From an uncultured Holophagales bacterium (GTDB lineage Bacteria; Acidobacteriota; Thermoanaerobaculia; Multivoradales; UBA5704), in NCBI GenBank assembly GCA_963842525.1, contig CAWJGT010000025.1:256001-320000 (forward strand): 64,000 nucleotides of DNA, written 5' to 3'. The translations under genes were made by a program, and so were the position numbers. The number at the start of each line of letters is the position of its first letter. Within the stretch, counting starts at the first letter, position 1. Shown here in pieces: positions 18,476 to 28,800 of this stretch. The notes beneath the pieces were generated by a model. The model was given only the letters and a program-made list of their open reading frames with translations, did no database searches and was not told the DNA's origin.

Positions 18476-18622
18476 GACCGGAGGGACCCCGAGTCCGAGA
18501 AATCCCAGAGAGCCATGACGGCCATACTTCAGATGAAGAAACCCGACATCGCTGAGATGAAGCGGGCGTACGCCGGCGGGTAGGGGGAAACGAGGAGGCT
18601 AAAGCTAAACAGAAGCTCGGGA

Positions 18623-19409
18623 TCAGAGCCGCGGCCCGGACCTCTCCCGGAGTGAGGCCGGTCTCGCGTTTCAGCAGGCGCCCCATGTGGGCCTGGTCGT
18701 AGAAGCCGCACTCGATTGCAATGTCGCACAGCGGCCGCCGTGACGCGCGGATCTGGTCGAGCGCCCGACCCAGCCGCGCGTCGCGAATCGATTCGCCGAC
18801 CGAGCGGTCGAGGTGATGGCGAAAGCCGCCGGCCAGTACCGACCGGCGCATGCCCAGAGCCGTAGCGACGGTTGCCAGCGAAATGGGCTCCCCGAGGTGG
18901 CGGTCGATGAACGCCAGAGCAGCGGCCAGCCAGCCCGGCGGTGCCGCTTTATGCGCGCGCTCGACCCGCGACAAGAGCAGCAGAGCCAGGCCCTCGAGCG
19001 CGTGGTCGGCGGCACCGTCGCCGCGCGGCAGCTCGAGGAGGATCTGGTGCTTGAGCATGGGGGACAGCGCCGGCAGCTCCGCCGGCCGCGGGTGGAAAGC
19101 GAAGGGAGCCAAACGCTCGGGCGGATACGAGATGACCAGCGCCTGCACCTCGTCGCGGTCGAAGTCGTTCTCGTGCTCCTGCACCGGCGGCCGGAAGAGG
19201 ACCGAGCCGGCGTGGAGTCGGACGTCCCCTTGGCGCCAGGTCTCCGCGTAGCTGCCGGCGAGCACGAAGACGAGCTGAGCGCGCGGGTGGGCGTGGGCCG
19301 GCAGACGGAGGCCGGCCGGCATGGTGACTTGCGCGAAGCGAATGCCGCCGGCCTGACGCCGGCACAGCTCGCGGCCATGGCTCTCGTGAGCCTCGCGCTC
19401 CTTGGACAT
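18623..19409 (-). CDS. AraC-family transcriptional regulator (cupin + HTH)
   Basis: HAHPRAQLVFVLAG cupin; IAIECGFYDQAHMGRLLKRETGLTPGE; as read, the frame runs on to 18318 across FKBP, while removing one base at about 18635 gives TGA at 18623. Confidence 0.8.
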
Positions 19410-19512
19410 GGCGACAGTGTAGCGCGCTCGCTCGGTCGCCGCGGTCGCCAGCCGTCCCAAGCCGGTCCGCGCGTCCTATACAGGGCGCGCGATCTCGGGC
19501 ATCCTCGGGCCC

Positions 19513-19935
19513 ATGACACTGCGCGATTCATGGAAGTCCGTCCTGCGTCTGGTCGTGGTTGGAACCCTGGGCTACGCGCTCATCGTGGCACTGACCACGA
19601 TCGGCTTCGGCTGGGTCAAAGGCGCCGGCTCGTACGGCGGGGACTGGCGGCTCATGGCCCAGGGAGGGGCAGTCGCCCTCGTTTCGGGATTGGCCGGCGG
19701 GGCGCTGGCCGGGCTCCTGGGCGGGCGCCGCCCGCTGCGCCATGCCCTCGCCATCCTGCCGTGGCTGCTGGTGGATACAACCTACGTCCTCTTCTTTTTT
19801 CCGCGCCAGGACCCGCTGTGGTTCGATCTGCTCGGCAGCCTGGGCCTCATCTCGGCGACGATTGCCGGCGGCGCCCTGATAGGAGCCGTTCGCCGTCGGG
19901 GGGCCTCCCCAGGTAGAGACGCTCCAAGGGTGTGA
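19513..19935 (+). CDS. Hypothetical 4-TM membrane protein
   Basis: Four hydrophobic helices; divergent from the AraC gene. Confidence 0.7.
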   Translation: MTLRDSWKSVLRLVVVGTLGYALIVALTTIGFGWVKGAGSYGGDWRLMAQGGAVALVSGLAGGALAGLLGGRRPLRHALAILPWLLVDTTYVLFFFPRQDPLWFDLLGSLGLISATIAGGALIGAVRRRGASPGRDAPRV

Positions 19936-20089
19936 TGGAACCAAGGGCTCGTGGGGCGCGCAGACTGAGCCGCCCTCTCCTTCCTGGCACTCTACCGGGA
20001 AGCTCGCGGGCTCGCTCGCCGCGAGCTGGCGCGCTCGGGTCCGGGCGCCTCGCTCGGCGGTGCGCCTGTCCGACGTGGTCCACGATCTG

Positions 20090-20200
20090 CGCCTGCGGCG
20101 CGAGCTTCGCGGCGACCTCGACACCATCGTCGCCAAGGCCTTGAAGAAACGCCCCGAAGAGCGCGCTACGCGTCGGTCACCGCCCTGGCCGAGGACAGGT
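20090..20200 (+). pseudogene. Ser/Thr protein kinase C-lobe remnant
   Basis: RLRRELRGDLDTIVAKALKKRPEER, then after a 2-nt shift YASVTALAEDR. Confidence 0.7.
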
Positions 20201-20315
20201 TGACCCCGCCGTGCTCTCTGGCCGGCGGGTTTGCCTGTCCCCTGCCGCGGCCGGTGTCGCTCCGGCTGCCGAAGATCGCCTCGTAACATTTCGTCGCGGT
20301 CCTCGTAATGCCTGT

Positions 20316-22199
20316 ATGACCATCGCGCAGACCGACAAACCGACTCCGCGGAAGCCGCTCCGGCTGTGGCCCGGCGTGGCCGCCGCGGTCCTGCTGTTGC
20401 TGGCCCGGTTCGGACTGAAGGCTGTCATCCCTGGATTCAGGGGCTTTTCGCTCGCGATGATGTGGGCATTCGGCGCCGCGTTGGCTGTCGTCCTGTGGTG
20501 GGTGTTCCTCAGCCGGGCGCGTTGGTCCGAGCGCCTGGGCGTCATCGGCCTGATGATCGCCGGGCTGGCCGGAGCATGGTTCCTCAGACACGAGTCGATG
20601 GGTCCGGCGTGGCTCGCCGCTTATGCCGTCCCGGGCCTGTGTCTCGCCTTGGTCGCCGGGGCGGCAGTCAGCCGCCGCCTCCCTGATGGACCTCGGCGTG
20701 CGACGATGGCCGCGGCCATCCTGCTCGCCTGCGGGGTCTGGACGCTCGTCCGGACCACTGGTATCAACGGCGACCACGTTGCGGAGTTCGGGTGGCGTTG
20801 GCAGAAGAGCGCCGAGGAACAGCTCCTCGCCCAGGCCGGCGATCAGCCGGCGGCGCGCTCCTCGGCTCCGGCCGCGGAGGCTCCCAAGGAGCCGCCCGTG
20901 GCCCAAGCCGGCGACGAGCTGGCGGCGGTTCCTGGCGACGCGCCGGCTTCCTCACCGCCGGAGGCTTCCGAGGAACAGGTCGTGACCCAAGCCGGCGACC
21001 AGCCGGCGGTGGTTCCTGGCGCCGCGACGGCTTTGGCAGGAGCGAAAACGGCCGGCGACTGGCCCGGCTTTCGCGGACCCGGCCGCGACGGAACCATCAC
21101 GGGCGTGCGGATCGAGACCGACTGGGCGGCATCGCCGCCGGCCGAGTTGTGGCGCCGGCCGGTCGGACCGGCCTGGTCGTCTTTCGCGGTCCATGGCAAC
21201 CTCCTCTACACCCAGGAGCAGCGCGGTGACGACGAGGTCGTGGCCTGCTACAACGCGACCACCGGCGAGCCGGTGTGGACACACCGCGACGCGGCCCGGT
21301 TCTTTGAGTCGAATGCGGGCGCCGGTCCGCGCGGGACGCCGACGCTCAGCAACGGCCGTGTCTACACCTTCGGTGCGACCGGAATCCTGAACGCGCTCGA
21401 CGCCGGGAACGGAGCCGTCGTGTGGTCGCGCAACGCGGCGTCCGACACCAAGGCGAAGCTCCCGGACTGGGGCTTTTCGAGCTCGCCCTTGGTGGTGGAC
21501 GATGTCGTCATCGTCGCCGTCTCCGGCCAACTCGCCGCCTACGACCTCGCCACCGGCAAGCCGCGCTGGTCCGGCCCGGCCAATGGCGTGAGCTACAGCT
21601 CGCCGCATCTGGTGACGATCGACGGAGTCGCGCAGGTCCTCCTGCTGAGCCAGGCCGGCGCGGCCGGCTTCACGCCCGCCGATGGCAAGCGGCTCTGGGA
21701 GCACGCGTGGCCGGGCTTTCCCATCGTGCAGCCGGCCGTGATCGCGGACGGCGACGTCCTGATCAACGTCGGTGGACAAAGCACGCGCCGCATCGCGGTC
21801 GCGCACGGCCCCGGCGGATGGACCACCGAAGAGCGCTGGACCTCGATCGGGCTGAAGCCCTACTTCAACGACTTCGTCGTTCACAAGGGCCATGCCTTCG
21901 GCTTCGACGGCCGCATTCTCGCGTCCATCGACCTCAAGGACGGCAAGCGCAAGTGGAAGGGCGGACGCTACGGCAACGGCCAGCTCGTCCTCCTGCCCGA
22001 CCAGGACCTGCTGCTGGTGCTGTCGGAGCAGGGAGACCTGGCGCTGGTCCGGGCGACCCCTGACCAGTTCACGGAGCTCGCGCGGTTCCCGGCGATCGAG
22101 GGCAAAACCTGGAATCACCCGGTGCTGGCAGGCGACGTCCTGCTGGTTCGCAACGGCGAGGAAATGGCCGCTTTCCGCCTGCCCCTCGCGAGCAACTGA
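20316..22199 (+). CDS. Membrane protein with PQQ-binding-like (BamB-type) beta-propeller
   Basis: N-terminal TMs; AQAGDQPA x3 linker; DWPGFRGPGRDG, GPRGTPT, YSSP, TWNHPV repeats. Confidence 0.88.
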   Translation: MTIAQTDKPTPRKPLRLWPGVAAAVLLLLARFGLKAVIPGFRGFSLAMMWAFGAALAVVLWWVFLSRARWSERLGVIGLMIAGLAGAWFLRHESMGPAWLAAYAVPGLCLALVAGAAVSRRLPDGPRRATMAAAILLACGVWTLVRTTGINGDHVAEFGWRWQKSAEEQLLAQAGDQPAARSSAPAAEAPKEPPVAQAGDELAAVPGDAPASSPPEASEEQVVTQAGDQPAVVPGAATALAGAKTAGDWPGFRGPGRDGTITGVRIETDWAASPPAELWRRPVGPAWSSFAVHGNLLYTQEQRGDDEVVACYNATTGEPVWTHRDAARFFESNAGAGPRGTPTLSNGRVYTFGATGILNALDAGNGAVVWSRNAASDTKAKLPDWGFSSSPLVVDDVVIVAVSGQLAAYDLATGKPRWSGPANGVSYSSPHLVTIDGVAQVLLLSQAGAAGFTPADGKRLWEHAWPGFPIVQPAVIADGDVLINVGGQSTRRIAVAHGPGGWTTEERWTSIGLKPYFNDFVVHKGHAFGFDGRILASIDLKDGKRKWKGGRYGNGQLVLLPDQDLLLVLSEQGDLALVRATPDQFTELARFPAIEGKTWNHPVLAGDVLLVRNGEEMAAFRLPLASN

Positions 22200-22351
22200 G
22201 GGGCGCCGCGGAGGTCAAGCAAGGAAGCGTGCCTTTGTGCGCGTGGGCCTCCTTGAGGAGACACGCCAGACCCATCCGGACCAGATGGACTCGGTCAACG
22301 TCCCCGAATGGGTCTACGCATAAGAAGGTCGCTCTTCCCCACAATTTCCTC

Positions 22352-22381
22352 TTGACAGCCCGCCTCGTCCTCTGTTACGCT
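22352..22381 (+). promoter_or_regulatory. Sigma70-type promoter
   Basis: TTGACA (22352-22357), 18 nt, extended -10 TGtTACGCT. Confidence 0.6.
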
Positions 22382-22383
22382 TC

Positions 22384-22586
22384 AAGGCGTAAGACGTCGT
22401 ACCTCCACTCCTCGAAAGGAGGTGCTGCAGAAGACGGACATCGCGAGAAAACGCCTGAAAGTCTGAAAGTAAGGTAGAAGCTCCACTCCCGAGCCGGTCG
22501 ATGTGGAGGGAGAGGCTCTGTCCGGCTCAGATGAGTCCGGTATCTGTCCGTTCCGAAGTTCCGTCGTTCCATAACGCCTTTACGCC
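22384..22586 (+). ncRNA. Candidate structured ncRNA (~200 nt), family unknown
   Basis: Begins right after the promoter; 5' AAGGCGT pairs with 3' ACGCCTT; GACGGACA/TGTCCGTT; several internal hairpins; no good ORF. Confidence 0.4.
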
Positions 22587-22814
22587 GCGCCCGGCGTCCA
22601 GCTCGCGAGCCCCAGCCGCGCAGTCGTGAGTGCGGGGCAAGCGACAGGTTGTCGATTTTTCGACAACTTCGCCCCCGGTGGCCGTTTGTTTCCTCCAAGT
22701 CCCCGGCGGCAGCCCAAGCCCTGCGGTGTCATGGTGTTGCGCTCCGCGCGCCGGGGGTTTCGGCGGGTTGGCAGGCATTTGGCTCTAGGGAGGAAGCGCC
22801 GAGGAGGCGGGCCC

Positions 22815-22841
22815 TGTCGAAAAACCGGGGTCCCATTCGAC
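22815..22841 (+). promoter_or_regulatory. ECF42-type promoter
   Basis: TGTCGA-N17-CGAC; same spacing as 30913-30939. Confidence 0.65.
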
Positions 22842-22861
22842 GAATAAGCAGGAGGAGGAGC

Positions 22862-23098
22862 ATGAGCCAGTCCAATGTCGAGCGGGTGGTTGGGCGGCTG
22901 GTGACCGACGAGGGGTTCCGGCGGCGGTTCGCCGAGAGTCCTGCCGCAGTGTTGCGGGAGCTCACGGAGAACGGCTGGGAGCTGACGGACTGCGAGCTGC
23001 GTGCGCTCTCGGGCTTCGATGTCAGGGTCGCAGCGCGTTGCGCCCACGCGATCGACCCGCGGATCCAGAAGGCTGATCTCCAGGGAGGTGGACGATGA
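22862..23098 (+). CDS. Os1348/Franean1_4349-like (NHLP-clan leader) small protein
   Basis: MSQSNVERVVGRLVTDEGFRRRF...ELTDCELRAL; strong RBS. Confidence 0.75.
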   Translation: MSQSNVERVVGRLVTDEGFRRRFAESPAAVLRELTENGWELTDCELRALSGFDVRVAARCAHAIDPRIQKADLQGGGR

Positions 23099-24717
23099 GG
23101 AGTGTGATGCCGGGACGGGCGGTCGGGATCGCGCTGGTGGCGATCCTGGCGGCTGCGGTCCCAGGGATGGCGCAAGGCGCCTTGGAGCGCCCGCTGACGC
23201 TTGCGGAAGCGATCGCCCTCGCCCTCGAGAACAACGAGGGGATCCTGGTCGAGCGCGAGTCGCTGGTGTCGGCCGAGGCCGCGATCACTGGCGCCCGGGG
23301 CGCGTATGACCCGCTGCTGGAGGTCGAGGGTGGGTGGCGGCAGACCAGCCCGCCCCCGACCTCGGCGTTTTCGGGCGCGCCGCCGGGACGGCTGTCGCCG
23401 ACGACCGAGGTCAGCGGGGCGAGCGCCGGAGTCCGCCGGCTCCTGCCCACGGGCGGCACGGTCGCGCTCCGCAGCTCGGCCGAGCGCGCGACGACCGACG
23501 GAGTGTTCAACCTGTTCTCGCCGTCCTACGGCACCGGGTTGGGGGTGGAATTCCGGCAGCCGTTGCTGCGCGATCGGAAGATCGACGCGGCCCGGTTCGG
23601 GATCCGGGTCGCCGCCGCCGACCGCGAGCGCGCGGCCGCCGGGCTGCGGCGTGAGCTCACCGACACGGTCGCGGCGGTCGAACGCGCCTACTGGACGCTG
23701 GTCGCCGCGCGCCGCGAGCTGAGCGTGCGGGACGAGGCGATCCGTCTGGCTCAGGAGCAACTCTCCGAGACCGATGCGCGTATTGAGGTGGGTACGGCGC
23801 CGGAGACCGAGGTCGCGCAGCCGCGCGCCGAGCTGGAACGGCGCCGTGGCGAGCTGTTTGCCGCGCGCGAGGCGGCGGCCCGTGCCGAAAACGCTTTGAA
23901 GCTGCTGATCCTGGGCGACTCCGACACCGGTTCCTGGGGCGAACAGCTCGTGCCGGCCGAGGACGCGGAGCCCGCGGTCGCGCCGGTCGACGTCGCCGCT
24001 GCGATGGTGCGCGCGCTCGCCGCGCGTCCCGAGCTCGCGGCGTTCGAGGCCGTCGTGGAGCGCCGCCGCGCCGAGACGGCGCTGGCGCTGGATGCGATCC
24101 GGCCGGCTCTCGATGCCGTCGTCTCGCATGATCGCTTCGGCCTCGCGGGCTCGCGCAACCCGGCCTCGACGCCGGCGCCCGGAGCACCGGACCCTGGAAC
24201 GGGCGAGATTCCGCGCCGGCTGGAGGGCGGCCTGGACGGCTCCCTCGGCCTGCTCGCCGACGGAGACTTCGCCGACACGCGGGTGGCGCTCGTCTTCGCG
24301 GTTCCGCTCGGCAACCGCAGGGCGCGTGCCGGGGCGGCGATCGCCGGCAGCGTCGAGCGGCAGGCCCAGGCCGACCTGACGCGCGCCCGCAAGCAGGTGC
24401 GCACCGAGGTGCTCGACGCCGCGGCTGCGTTGGATACCGCCGGCCAGAGGATCGAGGCGGCCCGGGCGGCGCGCGAGGCGGCGGAGGTGCAGCTCATGGC
24501 CGAACGCGAGCGCTACGGGGCGGGGATGTCCACGAGCTTCCTCGTGCTCACCCGCCAGAACGATTTATCGCGTGCCCGTCTCGAAGAGATTGCGGCCCAG
24601 ACCGACTACCGCCGGGCGACGACCGAAATGGCGCGTGTTACCGGCGCACTGCTCGATGAGCGCGGGATCGAGCTCGAGGAAGAGGAAGGGGATGCAGCGC
24701 GTCCCACGGCTCCGTAA
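23095..24717 (+). CDS. TolC-family outer membrane efflux protein
   Basis: LTLAEAIALALENN, FRQPLLR, VERAYWTLV, ERYGAGMST. Confidence 0.92.
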   Translation: MRSVMPGRAVGIALVAILAAAVPGMAQGALERPLTLAEAIALALENNEGILVERESLVSAEAAITGARGAYDPLLEVEGGWRQTSPPPTSAFSGAPPGRLSPTTEVSGASAGVRRLLPTGGTVALRSSAERATTDGVFNLFSPSYGTGLGVEFRQPLLRDRKIDAARFGIRVAAADRERAAAGLRRELTDTVAAVERAYWTLVAARRELSVRDEAIRLAQEQLSETDARIEVGTAPETEVAQPRAELERRRGELFAAREAAARAENALKLLILGDSDTGSWGEQLVPAEDAEPAVAPVDVAAAMVRALAARPELAAFEAVVERRRAETALALDAIRPALDAVVSHDRFGLAGSRNPASTPAPGAPDPGTGEIPRRLEGGLDGSLGLLADGDFADTRVALVFAVPLGNRRARAGAAIAGSVERQAQADLTRARKQVRTEVLDAAAALDTAGQRIEAARAAREAAEVQLMAERERYGAGMSTSFLVLTRQNDLSRARLEEIAAQTDYRRATTEMARVTGALLDERGIELEEEEGDAARPTAP

Positions 24718-24729
24718 GGAGGGCTTGTC

Positions 24730-25857
24730 ATGAAAAAGAGGATGATTCTCACAATTGGGGCGATGTTGGTCTTCATCGCCGTGATCGGTTTGGTGAAGTT
24801 TTCCCAGGTCCGGACGGCGATCGCCCAGTCCTCCTCGTTCCAGCCGCCGCCTGAGGCGGTGACCACGACCGTGGCCCATGCGGAGCAGTGGCCGGCGATG
24901 CTCAGCGCCATCGGATCGGTGGTCGCCGTCCAGGGCGTCACGGTGAGCGCGGACCTGCCCGGCATTGTCGAGAAGATCGCCTTCCAGTCGGGTGCCAGGG
25001 TGCGCCAGGGCGATCTCCTGGTCCAGCTCGACACCAGCCAGGAGCGCGCGCAGCTCGCCGCCGCCGATTCGGCGGGCCGGCTCTCCTCCGTCAACCTGGA
25101 GCGGATGCGCGGTCTGCGCCAGAAGGGCGTGGTCTCGCAGGCGGAGCTCGACCGGTTCCTGGCGGAGTCGCAGCAGGCCTCGGCCAGGACGGCGGAGATC
25201 CGCGCCACGATCGAGCGCAAGCGGATCCGGGCGCCGTTTTCCGGGGCCTTGGGCATCCGCCAGGTGAACCTCGGCCAATACTTGAACCCCGGCGATCCGG
25301 TGGTGCAGCTCCAGACGCTCGATCCGATCTATGTCAACTTCGCGGTGCCGCAGCAGGAGATCGCGCAGTTGCGGGTGGGTGCCGACGTGCGCGTCACGGC
25401 CGAGGGCATGGCAGGCATGGAAGCCACGGGCAAGATCACCGCCTTCGAGGCGGTGGTGGACGAGGCCACGCGCAACGTGCAGGTCCAGGCCACCTTCGCC
25501 AATGGGGAAGGCGCGCTGCGCCCCGGTATGTTCGTCGACGCCAAGGTCTTCCTGGGCGCCGGCCGGCCGGTGGTGCCGCTCCCCGCTTCCGCGGTCAACT
25601 ATGCCCCCTACGGCGATTCGGTCTTCATCGTCGAGGACGTGAAGGGGCCTGACGGCAAGCCCTACCGCGGCGTGCGGCAGCAGATCGTCAAGCTCGGCGG
25701 CTCGCGCGGCGACCAGGTCGCTGTGCTCACGGGGGTGAAGCCCGGCGAGGAGGTCGTGACCTCGGGGGTCTTCAAGCTGCGCCCCGGGGCCGCCGTGCAC
25801 GTCAACAACCAGGTCCAGCCCGCGAACAGCGCCGCGCCGGAGCCGGAGGACAGCTGA
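24730..25857 (+). CDS. RND efflux periplasmic adaptor (MFP)
   Basis: GIVEKIAFQSGARVRQGDLLVQLD, IRAPFSG, LRPGMF. Confidence 0.95.
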   Translation: MKKRMILTIGAMLVFIAVIGLVKFSQVRTAIAQSSSFQPPPEAVTTTVAHAEQWPAMLSAIGSVVAVQGVTVSADLPGIVEKIAFQSGARVRQGDLLVQLDTSQERAQLAAADSAGRLSSVNLERMRGLRQKGVVSQAELDRFLAESQQASARTAEIRATIERKRIRAPFSGALGIRQVNLGQYLNPGDPVVQLQTLDPIYVNFAVPQQEIAQLRVGADVRVTAEGMAGMEATGKITAFEAVVDEATRNVQVQATFANGEGALRPGMFVDAKVFLGAGRPVVPLPASAVNYAPYGDSVFIVEDVKGPDGKPYRGVRQQIVKLGGSRGDQVAVLTGVKPGEEVVTSGVFKLRPGAAVHVNNQVQPANSAAPEPEDS

Positions 25858-28800
25858 TGAAACTCACCGATCTTTTCATCCGCCGGCCGGTCCTGGCGGT
25901 GGTCGTCAACCTGGTGATCCTGATCGCCGGGCTGCAGTCGATCCGCTCGCTCTCCGTGCGGCAGTTTCCGCGCAGCGACGTCGCCGTCATCCGGGTGACC
26001 ACGGCCTACATCGGCGCCAACGCCGACCTGGTGCGCGGGTTCATCACCACGCCGCTCGAGAGGGTGATCGCCTCGATGGACGGCATCGACTACATGGAGT
26101 CGTCGAGCGCGCAAAACCTTTGCACGATCACCGTCCACCTGAAGCTCAATTTCGACACCAACGCCGCCCTCACCCAGATCCAGGCCAAGGTGGCGCAGGT
26201 GAGGAACGAGCTGCCCCCCGAGGCCGAGGCGCCGATCATCCAGCTCGAAACGGCGGACACCGCGTTTGCCGGGATGTATCTCGGCTTTTCCTCGCAGGAC
26301 CTCGACCCGAATCAGATCACCGACTACCTGACGCGCGTCGTGCAGCCGAAGCTTTCGGCCATCAGCGGCGTCCAGCGCGCCAGCATCGAGGGCGGACGCA
26401 CTTTCGCCATGCGCATCTGGCTCAAGCCCGGGAGGATGGCGGCGCGCGGCATCTCGCCCTCCGACGTGCAGCAGGCCCTGGCCGCGAACAACTATCTTTC
26501 CGCCCTGGGCCGGACCAAGGGGTCCATGGTGTCGGTCAACCTGGTCGCCAACACAGACCTGCAGACGGTCGAGGAGTTCCGCCAACTGGTGATCAAGGAG
26601 GACCAGGGCGGCGTCGTCCGCCTGGGCGAGATCGCCGACGTCGTGCTCGGCGCCGAGGACTACGACCAGGAGGTGCTCTTCAACGGCGAAGCGGCGACCT
26701 TCATGGGCATCTGGGTGCTGCCCACCGCCAACACCCTGGAGGTGATCGGCAAGGTGCGCGACGCGATGCCGGAGATCCAGGCGCAGCTCCCGGCCGGCAT
26801 GAAGGGCAGCATTCCCTACGACTCGACGGTCTACATCCAGAGCTCGATCGAGGAGGTCCTGAAGACGCTCAGCGAGACCCTCCTGATCGTGATCCTGGTC
26901 ATCTTCCTCTTCCTGGGATCGGTGCGCGCGGTCCTCATCCCGGTGGTCGCGATCCCGATCTCGCTCGTCGGCGCGGCCTTCCTCATGGTGGCGGCGGGCT
27001 TCACGATCAACCTGCTCACGCTGCTCGCGATCGTGCTTTCGGTCGGGCTCGTGGTGGACGACGCGATCGTCATGGTCGAGAACGTGGAGCGCCACCTGCA
27101 CCTCGGCCAGCCGCCGTTCCAGGCCGCGATCCTCGCCGCCCGCGAGCTGGTCGGCCCGATCATCGCAATGACCATCACGCTCGCCGCGGTGTACACGCCG
27201 CTCGCCATCCAGGGCGGCCTCACCGGCTCGCTCTTCCGCGAGTTCGCGTTCACGCTGGCCGGCGCGGTGATCGTCTCCGGCATCGTGGCGCTGACGCTGT
27301 CGCCGATGATGGCCTCGAAGCTGCTGCGCGCCGGCGACACCGAGCGCGGCTTCGCGGGATTCGTCAACCGCCGCTTCGAGAGCGTCCGCCAGCGCTACAT
27401 GCGCCTGCTCTCGGGCACGCTCAACTATCGCCCCGTCGTCCTGACGCTGTGGGTGATGGTCGTGGCGCTGATCTTTCCTTTCTATATGTTCTCGCAGCGC
27501 GAGCTGGCGCCCGCCGAGGACCAGGGCGTGGTCTTCGGGATCGTCCAGGGCTCCGCCAACTCGACGATCGATCAGACGACCCTCTTCACGAAGAAGATCT
27601 ACGACGTGTTCGCGTCGTTCCCGGAGACCGATGCCATCTTCCAGCTCACCTTCCCGACCGGGGGGTTTGCCGGCATGGTCACCAAGCCGAGCAGCGAGCG
27701 GGAGCGGACATCCGCTGAGATCCAGGTCGAGGCGGCGGCGAAGCTCTCACAGATCCCCGGCGTGCGGATCATCCCGATCACCCCGCCGTCGCTGCCCGGA
27801 GGCAGCGATTTCCCGGTGGACTTTGTGATCGCCTCCACGGCGGAGCCCGAACGGCTGATCGAGATTGCCAACCAGCTCGTGGCGAAGGCTTTCGCGAGCG
27901 GCCTCTTCATGTTCGCCGACGCCGACCTCAAATTCGACCAGCCGCAGGCGGAGCTGGTCTTCGACCGCGACAAGGTGCGCTCCCTGGGTGTGGACATGAG
28001 CCAGACCGGCCGCGACCTCTCGACGCTGATGGGCGGCAACTACGTCAACCGCTTCAGCATCCAGGGCCGCAGCTACAAGGTGATCCCGCAGATCAAACGC
28101 AGCGAGCGGCTGACGCCCGACCAGCTCAAGGACGTCCACGTCACCGGCCCCGACGGCCGCCTGGTGCCGCTGTCAACATTCGCCACGGTCAAGATGACCA
28201 CCGAGCCGCGCGAGCTCAAGCGCTTCCAGCAGCTCAACGCGGTGCGCATCCAGGGTGTGGTGCCGCCCGGCGTGGCGCTCGACCAGGCGCTCGCCTTCCT
28301 CGAGCAGGAGGCGGCGAAGATCCTGCCGCCGGGGCAGGGCTTCACCGTCGACTACGCCGGCGAGTCGCGCCAGCTCCGCACCGAAGGGAGCCGGTTCCTC
28401 GGCACGTTCCTCCTGTCGGCGATCCTGATCTACCTGGTGCTGGCCGCCCAGTTCGAGAGCTTCCGCGACCCCTTCATCATCCTGGCGGGCTCGGTGCCGT
28501 TGGCTATCTCCGGCGCGCTGCTCTTCTCCTTCCTGGGCTTCACGACGCTCAACATCTACAGCCAGGTGGGGCTGATCACACTGGTCGGCCTGGTGTCGAA
28601 GAACGGCATCCTGATCGTCGAGTTCGCCAACCACCTGCAGGAGCAGGGGCGGGAGAAGCTGCAGGCGATCATCGAGGCTGCCGGCACCCGGCTGCGGCCG
28701 ATCCTCATGACCACCGCCGCCACCGTCGTCGGCCACCTGCCGCTGGTGTTCGCCGCCGGCCCGGGAGCCGGAGCGCGCAACTCGATCGGCATCATGCTGG

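Noticed and set aside
18318-18622. AraC C-terminal extension overlapping FKBP
   Set aside because: Low-complexity read-through, best explained by a lost stop near 18623
22520-22545. Hammerhead ribozyme (CAGATGAG resembles CUGAUGA)
   Set aside because: Core mismatch and no correctly placed GAAA or stems
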